DNA of 30,856 bases from an uncultured Gammaproteobacteria bacterium (GTDB lineage Bacteria; Pseudomonadota; Gammaproteobacteria; Competibacterales; Competibacteraceae). The stretch is taken from positions 1 to 30,856 of the forward strand of contig CAVOJV010000020.1 in assembly GCA_963696325.1 (NCBI GenBank), in the 5' to 3' direction. A model generated the notes under the pieces. The model had not been told where the DNA came from. It worked only from the letters and a program-made list of their open reading frames with translations, and searched no databases. Shown piece by piece: positions 16,161-25,797 of this stretch. The position numbers and the translations under genes were made by a program. Each line of letters opens with the position of its first letter. Position 1 is the stretch's first letter.

Positions 16161-19100
16161 GTGGAGAGCTTCGCCATGCGCCTCGTGCAAGGACTGATTC
16201 TACTGCTGCTAACGATGACCGGCGTCCAGGCGTCTCCGCCGACCGCCATCCCCGAACCGCTGCGCCCGTGGGTGGACTGGGTACTGCATGGCCAGGAGGA
16301 AATGCGCTGTCCCCTGCTTTACAGCGATACCGTTGGCCGGCGTTGCGCTTGGCCCTCGGCGCTGCGCGTAGCGATCAATGACCAAGGCGGGCGCTTCGAG
16401 CAAACCTGGCATGGTGACGCTGCTACCTGGCTGCCGCTGCCCGGCGACCGCCGCCACTGGCCGCAGTCGGTGATGCTGGATGGTACGGCGGCGACGGTGC
16501 TTGAGCGCGATGGGCGGCCGGCGCTAAAAGCCGAGCCCGGCGAGCATCGTATCAGTGGTCAACTGGTTCGGAGCGCCGTGCCGGAGTCGTTCCGCGTGCC
16601 ACCTGAGACGGCTTTGTTGACGCTGCTGGTCGATGGCGTGGCGATCGCCAATCCGCGTATAGAGGCCGACGGCGCCGTCTGGCTGCGTGAGCGTGCCCCA
16701 CCGGCGACGGATATCCAGGATCACTTGGAGGCGCAGGTATTTCGCAGGATCACTGACGGGGTACCACTTATCCTCACTACCCGCCTCAGCCTGCGGGTCG
16801 CCGGTCAGGCGCGCGAACTGCAACTCGGGCCCATGCTGCCGGAGGGCTTTATCCCCTTGAGCCTGACCACCCCCCTGCCTGCCCGCCTTGAAACCGATGG
16901 CCGCCTGCGCCTGCAGGTCAAACCGGGCGACTGGATCGTCGAGGTCGGCGCCCGCCATGCCGATCCGGTCGAAGCCTTGCAGCGTCCAGCGGCGGGCGAG
17001 CCCTGGCCGGCACAGGAAGTATGGTCGTTCGAGGCGGCCAATGCGGTGCGGGTGGTAACGGTCGAAGGCGCGAGCGCTATCGATCCGGGTCAGACCAATC
17101 TCCCGGAGGAATGGCGTGCGCTGCCAGCCTATCTGATCACACCCGACACTGCCTTGAAATTCATCACCCGCCAGCGCGGCGCCAGCCCAGTACCCGATCA
17201 ACTCAGCCTCAATCGCAGCTTGTGGCTGGATTTCGACGGCGCGGTTACACCGTGCAAGATCGCCTGGAAGGGCGCGTGTCCACCGCCAACCGACTGGAAG
17301 CCGGTGCCGAACTGCAGCTCGGCCGGGTGGCGCTCGATGGCCAGGACCAGTTCATCACCCACCGCCCCGGCGACACCTCGGATGCGTGGAATTACGCCAG
17401 GGCCAGTTGCAACTGAGCGCCGACGGCCGCTTGCAGCCCCTCGCCCGCGGCGATCTACCGGCGGTCGGCTGGCGATTGCCGCCCGCTCAGGTGCGTACCA
17501 GCCTCAACCTGCCGCCCGGCTGGCGCTTGCTGGGAGTCGGTGGGGCCATGGGGTCAGCACCGCCTGGCTGTACCAATGGACCCTGCTTGACCTGTTTATC
17601 GTTCTCATCACCACCGTGGCTTTCGCTCGCCTGTGGAACTGGTGGTGGGGTCTGCTGGCGTTGGCCGGGCTTACCCTGGCGTACCACGAGCCCGATGCCC
17701 CCCGACTGCTCTGGCTCAAGTTGCTCGCCGCCATCGCGCTGCTGCGGGTGCTGCCGCCGGGACGCTTGCAGACGCTGGTCACTTGGTATCGCAAGCTGGC
17801 CGTAGCAGGCTTGGTACTGATGACGCTGGCCTTCGCCATCCAACAAGCGGGCGGCCTCTATCCTCAGCTCAGTTCACCGCCCACCTATGTGGATGCAGCC
17901 GCCTGCCGGCCGAGGATTTTCAGGCCGTGGCGCCGCCTGCCGCCGGACCCGCGCTGCTGAACGCCGGTCCATGGCGAAATCAGCACCCGCCCCGAACCGT
18001 CTGCGGCGCCGTCGCCACGGCTGCGCCTAGGCTATACGCCGGACGTCCAGGTACAGACACGGCCCCGGCCTGCCCCAGTGGCACTGGGGCCGGGCCGAGT
18101 TGCGCTGGACGGGTCCGGTACCTGCCGAGGCCCGACTTACGCTGTGGCTGCTGCCGCCCTGGGCCAGCCGCATGCTGGCCTTCCTCGGGGTTGGCCTGCT
18201 GCTGGCCCTGCTGGGGCGCGTGCTGGAGGTCCGCCTTCCCCGCCGCGCGCTGCCTTTACTGGTCCTGGGTTTGCTGATGCCCTCGCCCGACGCCCATGCC
18301 GATATCCCCTCCCCGGTACTGCTGGAGGACCTGCGCGCCCGCTTGACCGAGGCACCCGACTGCGCACCCCAGTGCGCCGCGCTTGCCAACCTGGCGATAC
18401 AGGCTACGGCGACCGAATTCCGACTCCAGCTCGATTTGCATGCGCAGGCCGACAGTGCGGTACCGTTATCGCTGGACAGCGGACGCTTCGTAGCGCACCG
18501 CATCGGTTTGGACGGCAAGGCGGCGGCGCTCTACCGCGCCGCGGATGGCGGCCTGTGGTTGCGGCTGCCCGCCGGGTTGCACCGTGTTGAAATCGACGGC
18601 CCACTGCCGTCCGATCTGCTGACCCTGCAATTGCCATTGCCGATGGCGCCGGGCCGGGTCACTCTCGATCTCGACGGCTGGAGCGCCGACGGCGTATTCG
18701 ACGGGGTAGCGAGCGGCGCCCAGATCGAACTCAACCGCCAGCGCCGCGAAACCGCCATCACCCTGGAGCCAGGCGTATTGCCAGTGTTCGTCAGCGTCGA
18801 GCGGGAACTGGTGCTGGGCATCGACTGGCGGGTGCATACCCAGGTCAGACGCTTGAGCCAGGCCGATTCCGCCGCGGTGCTGGCGATTTCCCTCTTACCG
18901 GGTGAGCGCCTCACTACCGCCGGCATTCAGGCCGCGACGGGCGCGCGCAACTCAACCTGGCACCGGATCAGGATGCACTGGAATGGACCTCCACCCTGGA
19001 GCGTTCCGATCGCCTTCAACTGACCGCCGCCACCACCCTACTTCATCGAGATCTGGCGGTTGCGCGCCGGCCGATCTGGCATATCGAGGCCGCCGGCATC

Positions 19101-20122
19101 CCGGTGCTCCACTACCATGACAGCGCCGGCGAGTGGACCCCGGAATGGCGCCCTTGGCCGGGAGAACTGCTGACCCTGGTGATCAGCCGTCCGGAGGGAG
19201 TGGCGGGTAAGGTCGTTACCATCGACCAGGCCATTCTGCGTCTGCAACCCGGTGAACGCGTAAGCAATGCCGAACTGGAACTGACGGTGCGCGCCAGCCG
19301 CGGTCTGGACCATTTATTCACCTTGCCGGCGGGTGCGGAACTGACCGACGTGCTGATTAACGACCGCAGCCAGCCCTTGCAGCTCAGGGATCGCGTCCTG
19401 ACCGTGCCGCTGACGCCCGGCGGGCAGCGGATTGCGTTCACTGGCGTGATCCGCGGAGTATGACTATGTACTACGCACCCCGCGGTGGATCTCGGCACCG
19501 ACAGCGTCAATGCGAATATCATTCTGACCGTGCCTCCCGACCGTTGGACCCTGTTTGCCGGTGGCCCCACCCTGGGACCGGCGGTGCTGTTCTGGGGAAT
19601 GCTGGTCGTGGTCCTGCTGGCGGCTGTTGCCTTGGGGCGATATGCGGGTACGCCTTTACGGAGCTGGCAATGGCTGTTGCTGGGGATTGGCTTGAGTTTC
19701 AGACCGACCTGCTTTCCGCCGCAATGGTGGTGGGATGGCTGTTGCTGCTCGGCCGCCGCACCAGGTTGCCGGAAAATATCGATAATCGCATTTTCAATCT
19801 CTTGCAAGTGTTGCTGGCGCTGCTGACCTTGGTGGCGCTGGCGGCCCTCGCTGAAGCGATCCAGCAGGGCCTGCTGGGGCTGCCCGATATGCAGGTCGTG
19901 GGCAACGGTTCCAGCGCCAATGAGCTGCGCTGGTACCAGGACCGTTCGTCGGGGTTGCTGCCGCAAGCCTGGACGGTATCGGTGCCCATGCTGGTTTACC
20001 GGCTGTTGATGCTGGCCTGGGCGTTGTGGCTGGCTTTTGCCCTGTTACGCTGGCTGGCTTGGGGTTGGAACTGTTTCAGCAGTGGCGGGCTATGGCGGCG
20101 CCTGCGATTGCGCAAGGCTTAA
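16161..20122 (+). pseudogene. Very large (~1300 aa) secreted/membrane protein gene of unrecognised family. It is broken by at least six frameshifts and one in-frame TGA at 19461, and may be two adjacent genes (second part ~19485-20122).
   Basis: It begins with a signal peptide 'MRLVQGLILLLLTMTGVQASP'. Clearly protein-like segments alternate between frames (ORFs 16161.., 17021.., 17386.., 18100.., 19104.., 19485.., 19460..). Hydrophobic helices occur at ~17560-17880, ~18150-18290 and ~19560-20100. The frame changes are near 17240, 17400, 17550, 17900-18100, 18930 and 19700. Confidence 0.6.
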
Positions 20123-20135
20123 GGAGTAATAAACC

Positions 20136-20554
20136 ATGCTCTCGCAAACCACACTGACCATCCTCACGCAGGGCCGGGGCACCTATCCAGAGTGACTGAC
20201 CGTGTCCAGGCTGTGGTGCGCGCGACAGGCCAGAAAACCGGCCTGGCCCATGCGTTCATCCATCACACCAGCGCCTCACTGATACTTTGCGAAAACGCCG
20301 ATCCCACGGTGCGCCATGACCTCGAAACCTTCATGGTCCGCCTGGTCCCTGACGGCGTCGCCTGGCTCGAACACAATGACGAGGGTCCGGACGACATGCC
20401 TGCCCATATCCGCACGGTGTTGACCCAGAGCAGTCTGACGATTCCGGTGACAGAGGGGCGCTGTGCCTTGGGAACCTGGCAGGGAATATATCTTTGGGAA
20501 CACCGTCACGCCGGTCACAGTCGCAGGCTAACCGTCACCGTGCAGGGGGAATGA
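20136..20554 (+). CDS. yjbQ: YjbQ/UPF0047-family protein (secondary thiamine-phosphate synthase-like) with a frameshift near 20190. The ATG at 20136 with its AAGGAG Shine-Dalgarno sequence is in a different frame from the rest (ORF 20192..20554).
   Basis: 'FIHHTSASLILCENADPTVRHDLETFMVRLVPDG…EHNDEGPDDMPAHIRTVLTQSSLTIPVTEGRCALGTWQGIYLWEHR' is collinear with YjbQ. The family-typical N-terminus 'MLSQTTLTILTQGRGTYP' is encoded from ATG 20136 in another frame. Confidence 0.7.
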
Positions 20555-20615
20555 GATTTTCCAGGGGCCGGCAGGCTTGCGCAGCGGAAAAAATTACCGC
20601 GCAAGCCATGCGGAT

Positions 20616-21131
20616 TTAGGGAAATGCCGGTATGGTTGGCTCGGTGCCTTCCACATGCGCCTCGGGGTGATGCTGTCTAACCAGATCGGTGACTTCATCC
20701 ACCCGATCCTTGGCGACATCGATGAGCATCAGCAACTGCCCTTCCTCAAGGGCGTCATGAAACTTGTCCAACTGGGTATTGGGTATCGACACGCCGATCA
20801 TGCTCGCTACCCAGGCCCCTAGACCCGCCCCCAACAGGCTGGTGGCAAGGATGGCGCCACCACCCAGAATCAATCCCGCCGGCGGGAAGGTCACGGCGGC
20901 GATACCCGCCAGCAGACCGGTAGCGCCGCCTACGGTCAAACCGCGTTCCAGGGCGGGAACAAAATCGCTCTCTTCAAACAGTCCAGCTTCTGGCAAATTG
21001 GCCTTTAACAACGGCGCATGATCTTTAGCAACGATATGTATATGGCGTTCATCAATTCTCGCTAGCAGCAATTCATTGACGATTTGCGTGGCACTTTCTA
21101 CCGTAGGGACCAAAAAATAGAGTCGTTTCAT
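20616..21131 (-). CDS. Small membrane protein with a glycine-zipper helix (DUF1269-like), hypothetical.
   Basis: It is intact over 171 aa. The central motif 'GGATGLLAGIAAVTFPPAGLILGGGAILATSLLGAGLGAWVASMIG' is a glycine zipper, flanked by acidic regions. The upstream region is AT-rich. Confidence 0.65.
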   Translation of the reverse strand: MKRLYFLVPTVESATQIVNELLLARIDERHIHIVAKDHAPLLKANLPEAGLFEESDFVPALERGLTVGGATGLLAGIAAVTFPPAGLILGGGAILATSLLGAGLGAWVASMIGVSIPNTQLDKFHDALEEGQLLMLIDVAKDRVDEVTDLVRQHHPEAHVEGTEPTIPAFP

Positions 21132-21158
21132 TATGACTTGCCCTTATCTTCGATGATG

Positions 21159-21180
21159 AAATTTTATCAATATAAAATTT
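21159..21180. promoter_or_regulatory. Perfect palindrome AAATTTTAT-caat-ATAAAATTT in the divergent promoter region. It is a candidate operator.
   Basis: Read directly at 21159-21180. It lies between the minus-strand membrane-protein gene start (21131) and the EamA gene start (21262). Confidence 0.4.
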
Positions 21181-21261
21181 AGACCCTAATGCTAAAAATT
21201 AAATCCTGACCAATCCAAAAGACCCAGCCTCTACTCAACATCCAGCACTCTGGAAGCTACC

Positions 21262-22164
21262 ATGCGCGCCCTTGCCAAAACCCTGCACCCTTCTCCTTAC
21301 GTGCTGCTCATCCTGACTACTCTGTTCTGGTCCGGTAATTTCGTCCTTGGCCGCGCGGTACACCTGGCTTTTCCACCCATCGCCCTGTCCTTCTGGCGTT
21401 GGGTGGTGGCCATGATGATCCTGCTGCCCTTGGCCTGGTCACGGCTGCGCCCGCACTGGCCGTTACTGCGGGATCACTGGAAGATCCTAACACTGTTAAG
21501 CATTCTTGGGGTCGTCAACTTCAACACCTTCGTCTACACCGGTCTGCAGTCGACCACGGCTACCAACGCGGTGCTCCTGGTCTCCACCACGCCGGTCATC
21601 ATCGTGGCGCTGTCTTTTGCCTTGCTGCGCCTCACCGTGACTGGCCGGCAAGCCCTGGGAATAGCCATTTCCCTGCTGGGGGTACTGGTGATCGTTACCA
21701 AGGGCGACATGCAAGCACTGCTGGCCCAGCGGATGAACAGTGGCGATCTCTGGATCATGGCGGCAGTGTTAAGTTGGGCATTATACTCGGTCTGTTTGAA
21801 GTGGCGCCCCGAGGGGTTGCATCCCCTGGCCTTCCTGGCCGCCACCATGATCATTGGGGTGGTTTTGCTCATCCCCCTCTACTGCTGGGATCTGTCCCGC
21901 GGCGCCACCTGGGAACCCAATGCCGTGACGCTGGGCAGCATCGCTTATGTGGCCATTTTCCCGTCCGTCCTCGCCTATATTTTCTGGAACCGCGCAGTGG
22001 CGGAACTGGGCGCCAACCGCACCGGCCAGTTCATGCACCTCATGCCGGCCTTCGGCGCCATTCTCGCCATGCTGTTCCTGGGCGAACGGCTGTATCCCTT
22101 CCACCTAGTCGGCATTGGCCTGATCGCCGTGGGGATTTATCTGACGACGGGACGCCGATGTTAA
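21262..22164 (+). CDS. DMT-superfamily (EamA/RhaT-like) transporter.
   Basis: It has ten predicted transmembrane segments and two EamA-like halves ('LLILTTLFWSGNFVLGR…', 'AVLSWALYSVCLKW…'). It is intact over 300 aa. Confidence 0.8.
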   Translation: MRALAKTLHPSPYVLLILTTLFWSGNFVLGRAVHLAFPPIALSFWRWVVAMMILLPLAWSRLRPHWPLLRDHWKILTLLSILGVVNFNTFVYTGLQSTTATNAVLLVSTTPVIIVALSFALLRLTVTGRQALGIAISLLGVLVIVTKGDMQALLAQRMNSGDLWIMAAVLSWALYSVCLKWRPEGLHPLAFLAATMIIGVVLLIPLYCWDLSRGATWEPNAVTLGSIAYVAIFPSVLAYIFWNRAVAELGANRTGQFMHLMPAFGAILAMLFLGERLYPFHLVGIGLIAVGIYLTTGRRC

Positions 22165-22740
22165 GTGTAACGGCCCGACCACATAAGGCGCGGGCGGAGG
22201 CCAGACCGGCCCGGGTGGATGCGGTGATCAGATCCTGTGCCAACCGCACACGCGGCAAGGCTTCGGCCAGGACCAGCCAAAATACCTGCACTGGTTGCTC
22301 GCCCAAGCCCTGGCGCCGAAGGCCCAACGCGAGACCATGCTGACGGTGGGTGCGGTAACCCTGCTGGTGCGAGCGACTCGCCACCCCGTTGCAGGTTGAC
22401 AAATACCTGACCTTGGCGTTGGAAGACGGTTACCGGACCGGGCAAAGCCGGTCGGCGCGGATACCCTCGAGAGCCTCCTGGCGATTGACCTGGACGCTCT
22501 GGAGGCGCGGCTGATGCGCAACGGCTACAATGGTGAAGGTGCGCTCGGAAATCCGCAACGCTAAACTTCGCGAAAGTCGCTCCTTCCTGAGTGGGCAACT
22601 GCCACCGGGCCGAACGCAGGCGCTTCACCAGGAGCTGCTTGCGGCCAGCGTGCCGCGGTAGCCGTTCTCACCGCGAGGGGTTCCTGGCCGATGTCCTCTG
22701 TCCCCTACCGATAGCCAGCCCCGCAGATGGGAGAAAACGC

Positions 22741-25700
22741 TTGACCGCCAACAACCAAGCTCAGCCTGCCTCAGCCAGTGCACCCGCCGGTGCGGCCGGT
22801 CCCGGCTGCCGCTTTCCCATCGTCGGCATCGGCGCGTCGGCCGGGGGGCTGGCGGCCTTCGAGGCCTTCTTCTCCGGCATGCCCGCCGACACCGATCCGG
22901 GCATGGCCTTTGTCCTGGTGCAGCACCTGGCCCCGGACCACAAGAGCATCCTCACCGACCTCATCCGGCGCTACACCCGCATGCAGGTCTTCGAGGTCGA
23001 GGACGGGATGGCGGTGCAGCCCAACTGCGCCTACATCATCCCGCCCAACCGCGACATGGCCTTTCTGAACGGCACGCTCCAACTGATGGAACCGTCCGCG
23101 CCCCGCGGCCAGCGCCTGCCGATCGACTTCTTCTTCCGCTCCCTGGCCCAGGACCAGCGCGAGCGGGCCATCTGCATCGTGCTTTCGGGCACCGGCAGCG
23201 ACGGCACCCTGGGCGTGCGGGCCATCAAGGGCGAGGGCGGCATGGTCATGGCCCAGAACCCCGCCTCCACCGAGTACGACGGCATGCCGCGCAGCGCCAT
23301 CGCCACCGGCCTGGTGGACTACGAGCTGCCGCCGGCCGAGATGCCCGCCCAGCTCATCGCCTACGTGGCCCACGCCTTCGGCAAGCCGCCCCGGCCCGCC
23401 ACCGTCCCGGCGCCCAAGGCCGAGAACGCGCTGAAGAAGATCTTCATCCTGCTGCGCGCCCAGACCGGCCACGACTTTTCCCAGTACAAGCCGAGCACCA
23501 TCCACCGCCGCATCGAACGGCGCATGGCCGTCCACCAGATCGAAACGATGGACGGGTACGTCAAGTATCTGCAGCAGACGCCGGCGGAGGTGGAAGCGCT
23601 CTTTCGCGACCTGTTGATCGGCGTGACCAATTTCTTCCGCGATCCGGAGGCCTTCAAGGCGCTCGAGGAACAGGTCATCCCCAAGCTCTTTGCCGGCAAG
23701 CCCGCGGGCGCCGTGATCCGCGTCTGGTCGCCGGGCTGCTCCACCGGCGAGGAGGCCTATTCCATCGCCATCCTGCTCGCCGAGCGCCATGGAGGCGCTG
23801 AAGCAGAGTTACAAGGTGCAGGTCTTCGCCACCGACATTGACAGCCAGGCGATTGCCACGGCCCGCGCCGGCCTCTATCCGGCCAGCATCGCCGCCGACA
23901 TCTCGCCGGAGCGGCTGGCGCGCTTTTTCACGGCCGAGCCCGACGGCAGCGCCTACCGCATCCACAAGAGCATCCGCGACATGCTGGTCTTTTCCGAGCA
24001 GAATGTGATCAAAGACCCGCCCTTCTCCAAACTCGACCTGATCAGTTGCCGCAACCTCCTGATCTACATGGGCGGCGACTTGCAGAAGAAGCTCATTCCC
24101 CTGTTCCACTACGCGCTGAACCCGGGCGGTTTTCTCTTCCTGGGCACCTCGGAGACCGTGGGCGAGTTCGGCGATCTGTTTGCCGCGCTGGACCGCAAGT
24201 CGAAGCTGTATCAGCGCAAGGAAGATTTTCACAGCGCGCAGCGCGCGGCCCTGGGCCGGTTTCTGCCGCCCATGACGGCGATCGATGCGGCGCTCCCGCG
24301 GGCCGCCGGAAAGACGGCCTGCCCCGGGAAACTGCCGCTGCGCGAGCTGACCGAACAGGCGCTGCTGCAACAGGTCGCCCCGGCCGGCGCGCTGGTCAAC
24401 GGCCAGGGCGACATCCTCTATCTCCACGGCCGCACCGGGATGTACCTGGAACCGGCCCCGGGCGAGGCCGGCATCAACAACATCCTGAAGATGGCCCGCG
24501 AAGGGTTGCGGCGCGAACTGACCACGGCCCTGCACAAAGCCGCGGGGACAAAGGAGATCGTGCGCTGCCCGGGCCTGCGCGTCAAAACCAACGGCGACTT
24601 CACCACGGTCAACCTGACCATCCGCCCGGTGGCGGCAGGCCCCGCCGCGACGCCCGAGGCGCCTCTGTACCTGGTCATCCTGGAGGAAGCGCCGCCGCTC
24701 GATCCCGAACAGGCGCAGCAGGCCGCCCCGCATGCCGTCGGCAGGAGCGGACGGCCCCGACACGGACGCCGACGCGCGCATCGCGGCGCTCAAGCAGGAA
24801 CTGCGGGCCAAGGAGGAATACCTCCAGACCGCCAACGAGGAACTGGAGACCTCCAACGAAGAGCTCAAGTCCTCGAACGAGGAGATGCAGTCGGTCAACG
24901 AGGAATTGCAGTCCACCAACGAGGAGCTGGAGACCTCCAAGGAGGAACTGCAGTCGGTCAACGAGGAACTGGCCACGGTCAACGCCGAACTGCAGACCAA
25001 GGTGGCCGATCTGTCGCGGGCCAACAACGACATGAACAACCTGCTGGCCGGCACCGGCATCGGCACCGTCTTCGTGGATCATCAACTGCGCATCCTGCGC
25101 TTCACCCCCGCCGCCACCCGGATCATCAACCTGATCCTGAGCGACGTGGGGCGGCCCGTGGGCCACATCGTCTCCAACCTGGTGGGCTACGACCGCCTGG
25201 TGGCGGACGTGCAGGCCGTGCTGGACACCCTGGTTCCCAAAGAGGTGGAAGTGCAGACCACGGAGGGCAAGTGGTACACGATGCGCATCCTGCCCTACCG
25301 CACGCTCGACAACGTGATCGAGGGCGCGGTGATCACCTTTGTGGACATCACGGAGATGAAGCAGACGCAGGAGGCGCTGCGGAAAGCCAATGAGCTGCTC
25401 CGCCTGGCCGTGGTGGTGCGCGATGCGCACGATGCCATCACCGTGCAGGACCTGGATGGCCGCATCCTGGCCTGGAACCCGGGAGCGGTGAGGATGTACG
25501 GCTGGAGCGAAGCCGAGGCGCTGGCGATGAACGTCCGCGACCGGATCCCGGAGGGGCTGCGCGAGGAAGCGTTGGCCAAGCTGCATCAGCTTAGCCGGGC
25601 TGAGATTCTGGAGCCGTATCGCACCCAGCGGATCACCAAGGACGGTGCGGTCGTGGAGGTCTCGATGATCTCCACCGCTTTGGTGAATGAGGCCGGGCAG

Positions 25701-25778
25701 ATGTATGCGATTGCGACCACGGAACGGGCGAGCAGAATCAGGCAAAGACAGGCCGAACGGATGGAGGCCGCACGATGA
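22741..25778 (+). pseudogene. CheB methylesterase - CheR methyltransferase - coiled-coil - PAS_10 fusion protein gene (~1010 aa) with frameshifts near 23790 and 24725. A TTG start is proposed at 22741.
   Basis: The CheB domain is 'FPIVGIGASAGGLAAFEAFF…VLSGTGSDGTLGVRAIKGEGGMVMAQNP' (ORF 22591..). The CheR domain is 'FFRDPEAFKALEE…VWSPGCSTGEEAYSIAILLAE' and continues as '…VQVFATDIDSQAI…LIYMGGDLQKKL' in the 23789 frame. The coiled coil is 'EELETSNEELKSSNEEMQSVNEELQ…'. The PAS_10 domain is 'GTGIGTVFVDHQLRILRFTPAATRII' in the 24732 frame, which stops at 25778. Confidence 0.7.
24835..24990 (+). repeat. Periodic nucleotide repeat (~21-33 nt units) encoding the (S/T)xNEEL(E/Q) coiled-coil region of the CheB-CheR fusion.
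   Basis: Repeated aacgaggaactg/gagctg…tcggtcaacgaggaa units are read directly. Confidence 0.5.
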
Positions 25779-25797
25779 CCAGCAAGGATGAACGCCG

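Noticed and set aside
20577-20822. 81-aa plus-strand ORF.
   Set aside because: It overlaps, in antisense, the better-supported glycine-zipper membrane protein gene (20616..21131).
22161-22628. 155-aa minus-strand ORF in the EamA/CheB-CheR spacer.
   Set aside because: Its Arg/Pro/Gly-rich composition is typical of a spurious GC-rich frame. It has no start context and no motifs.
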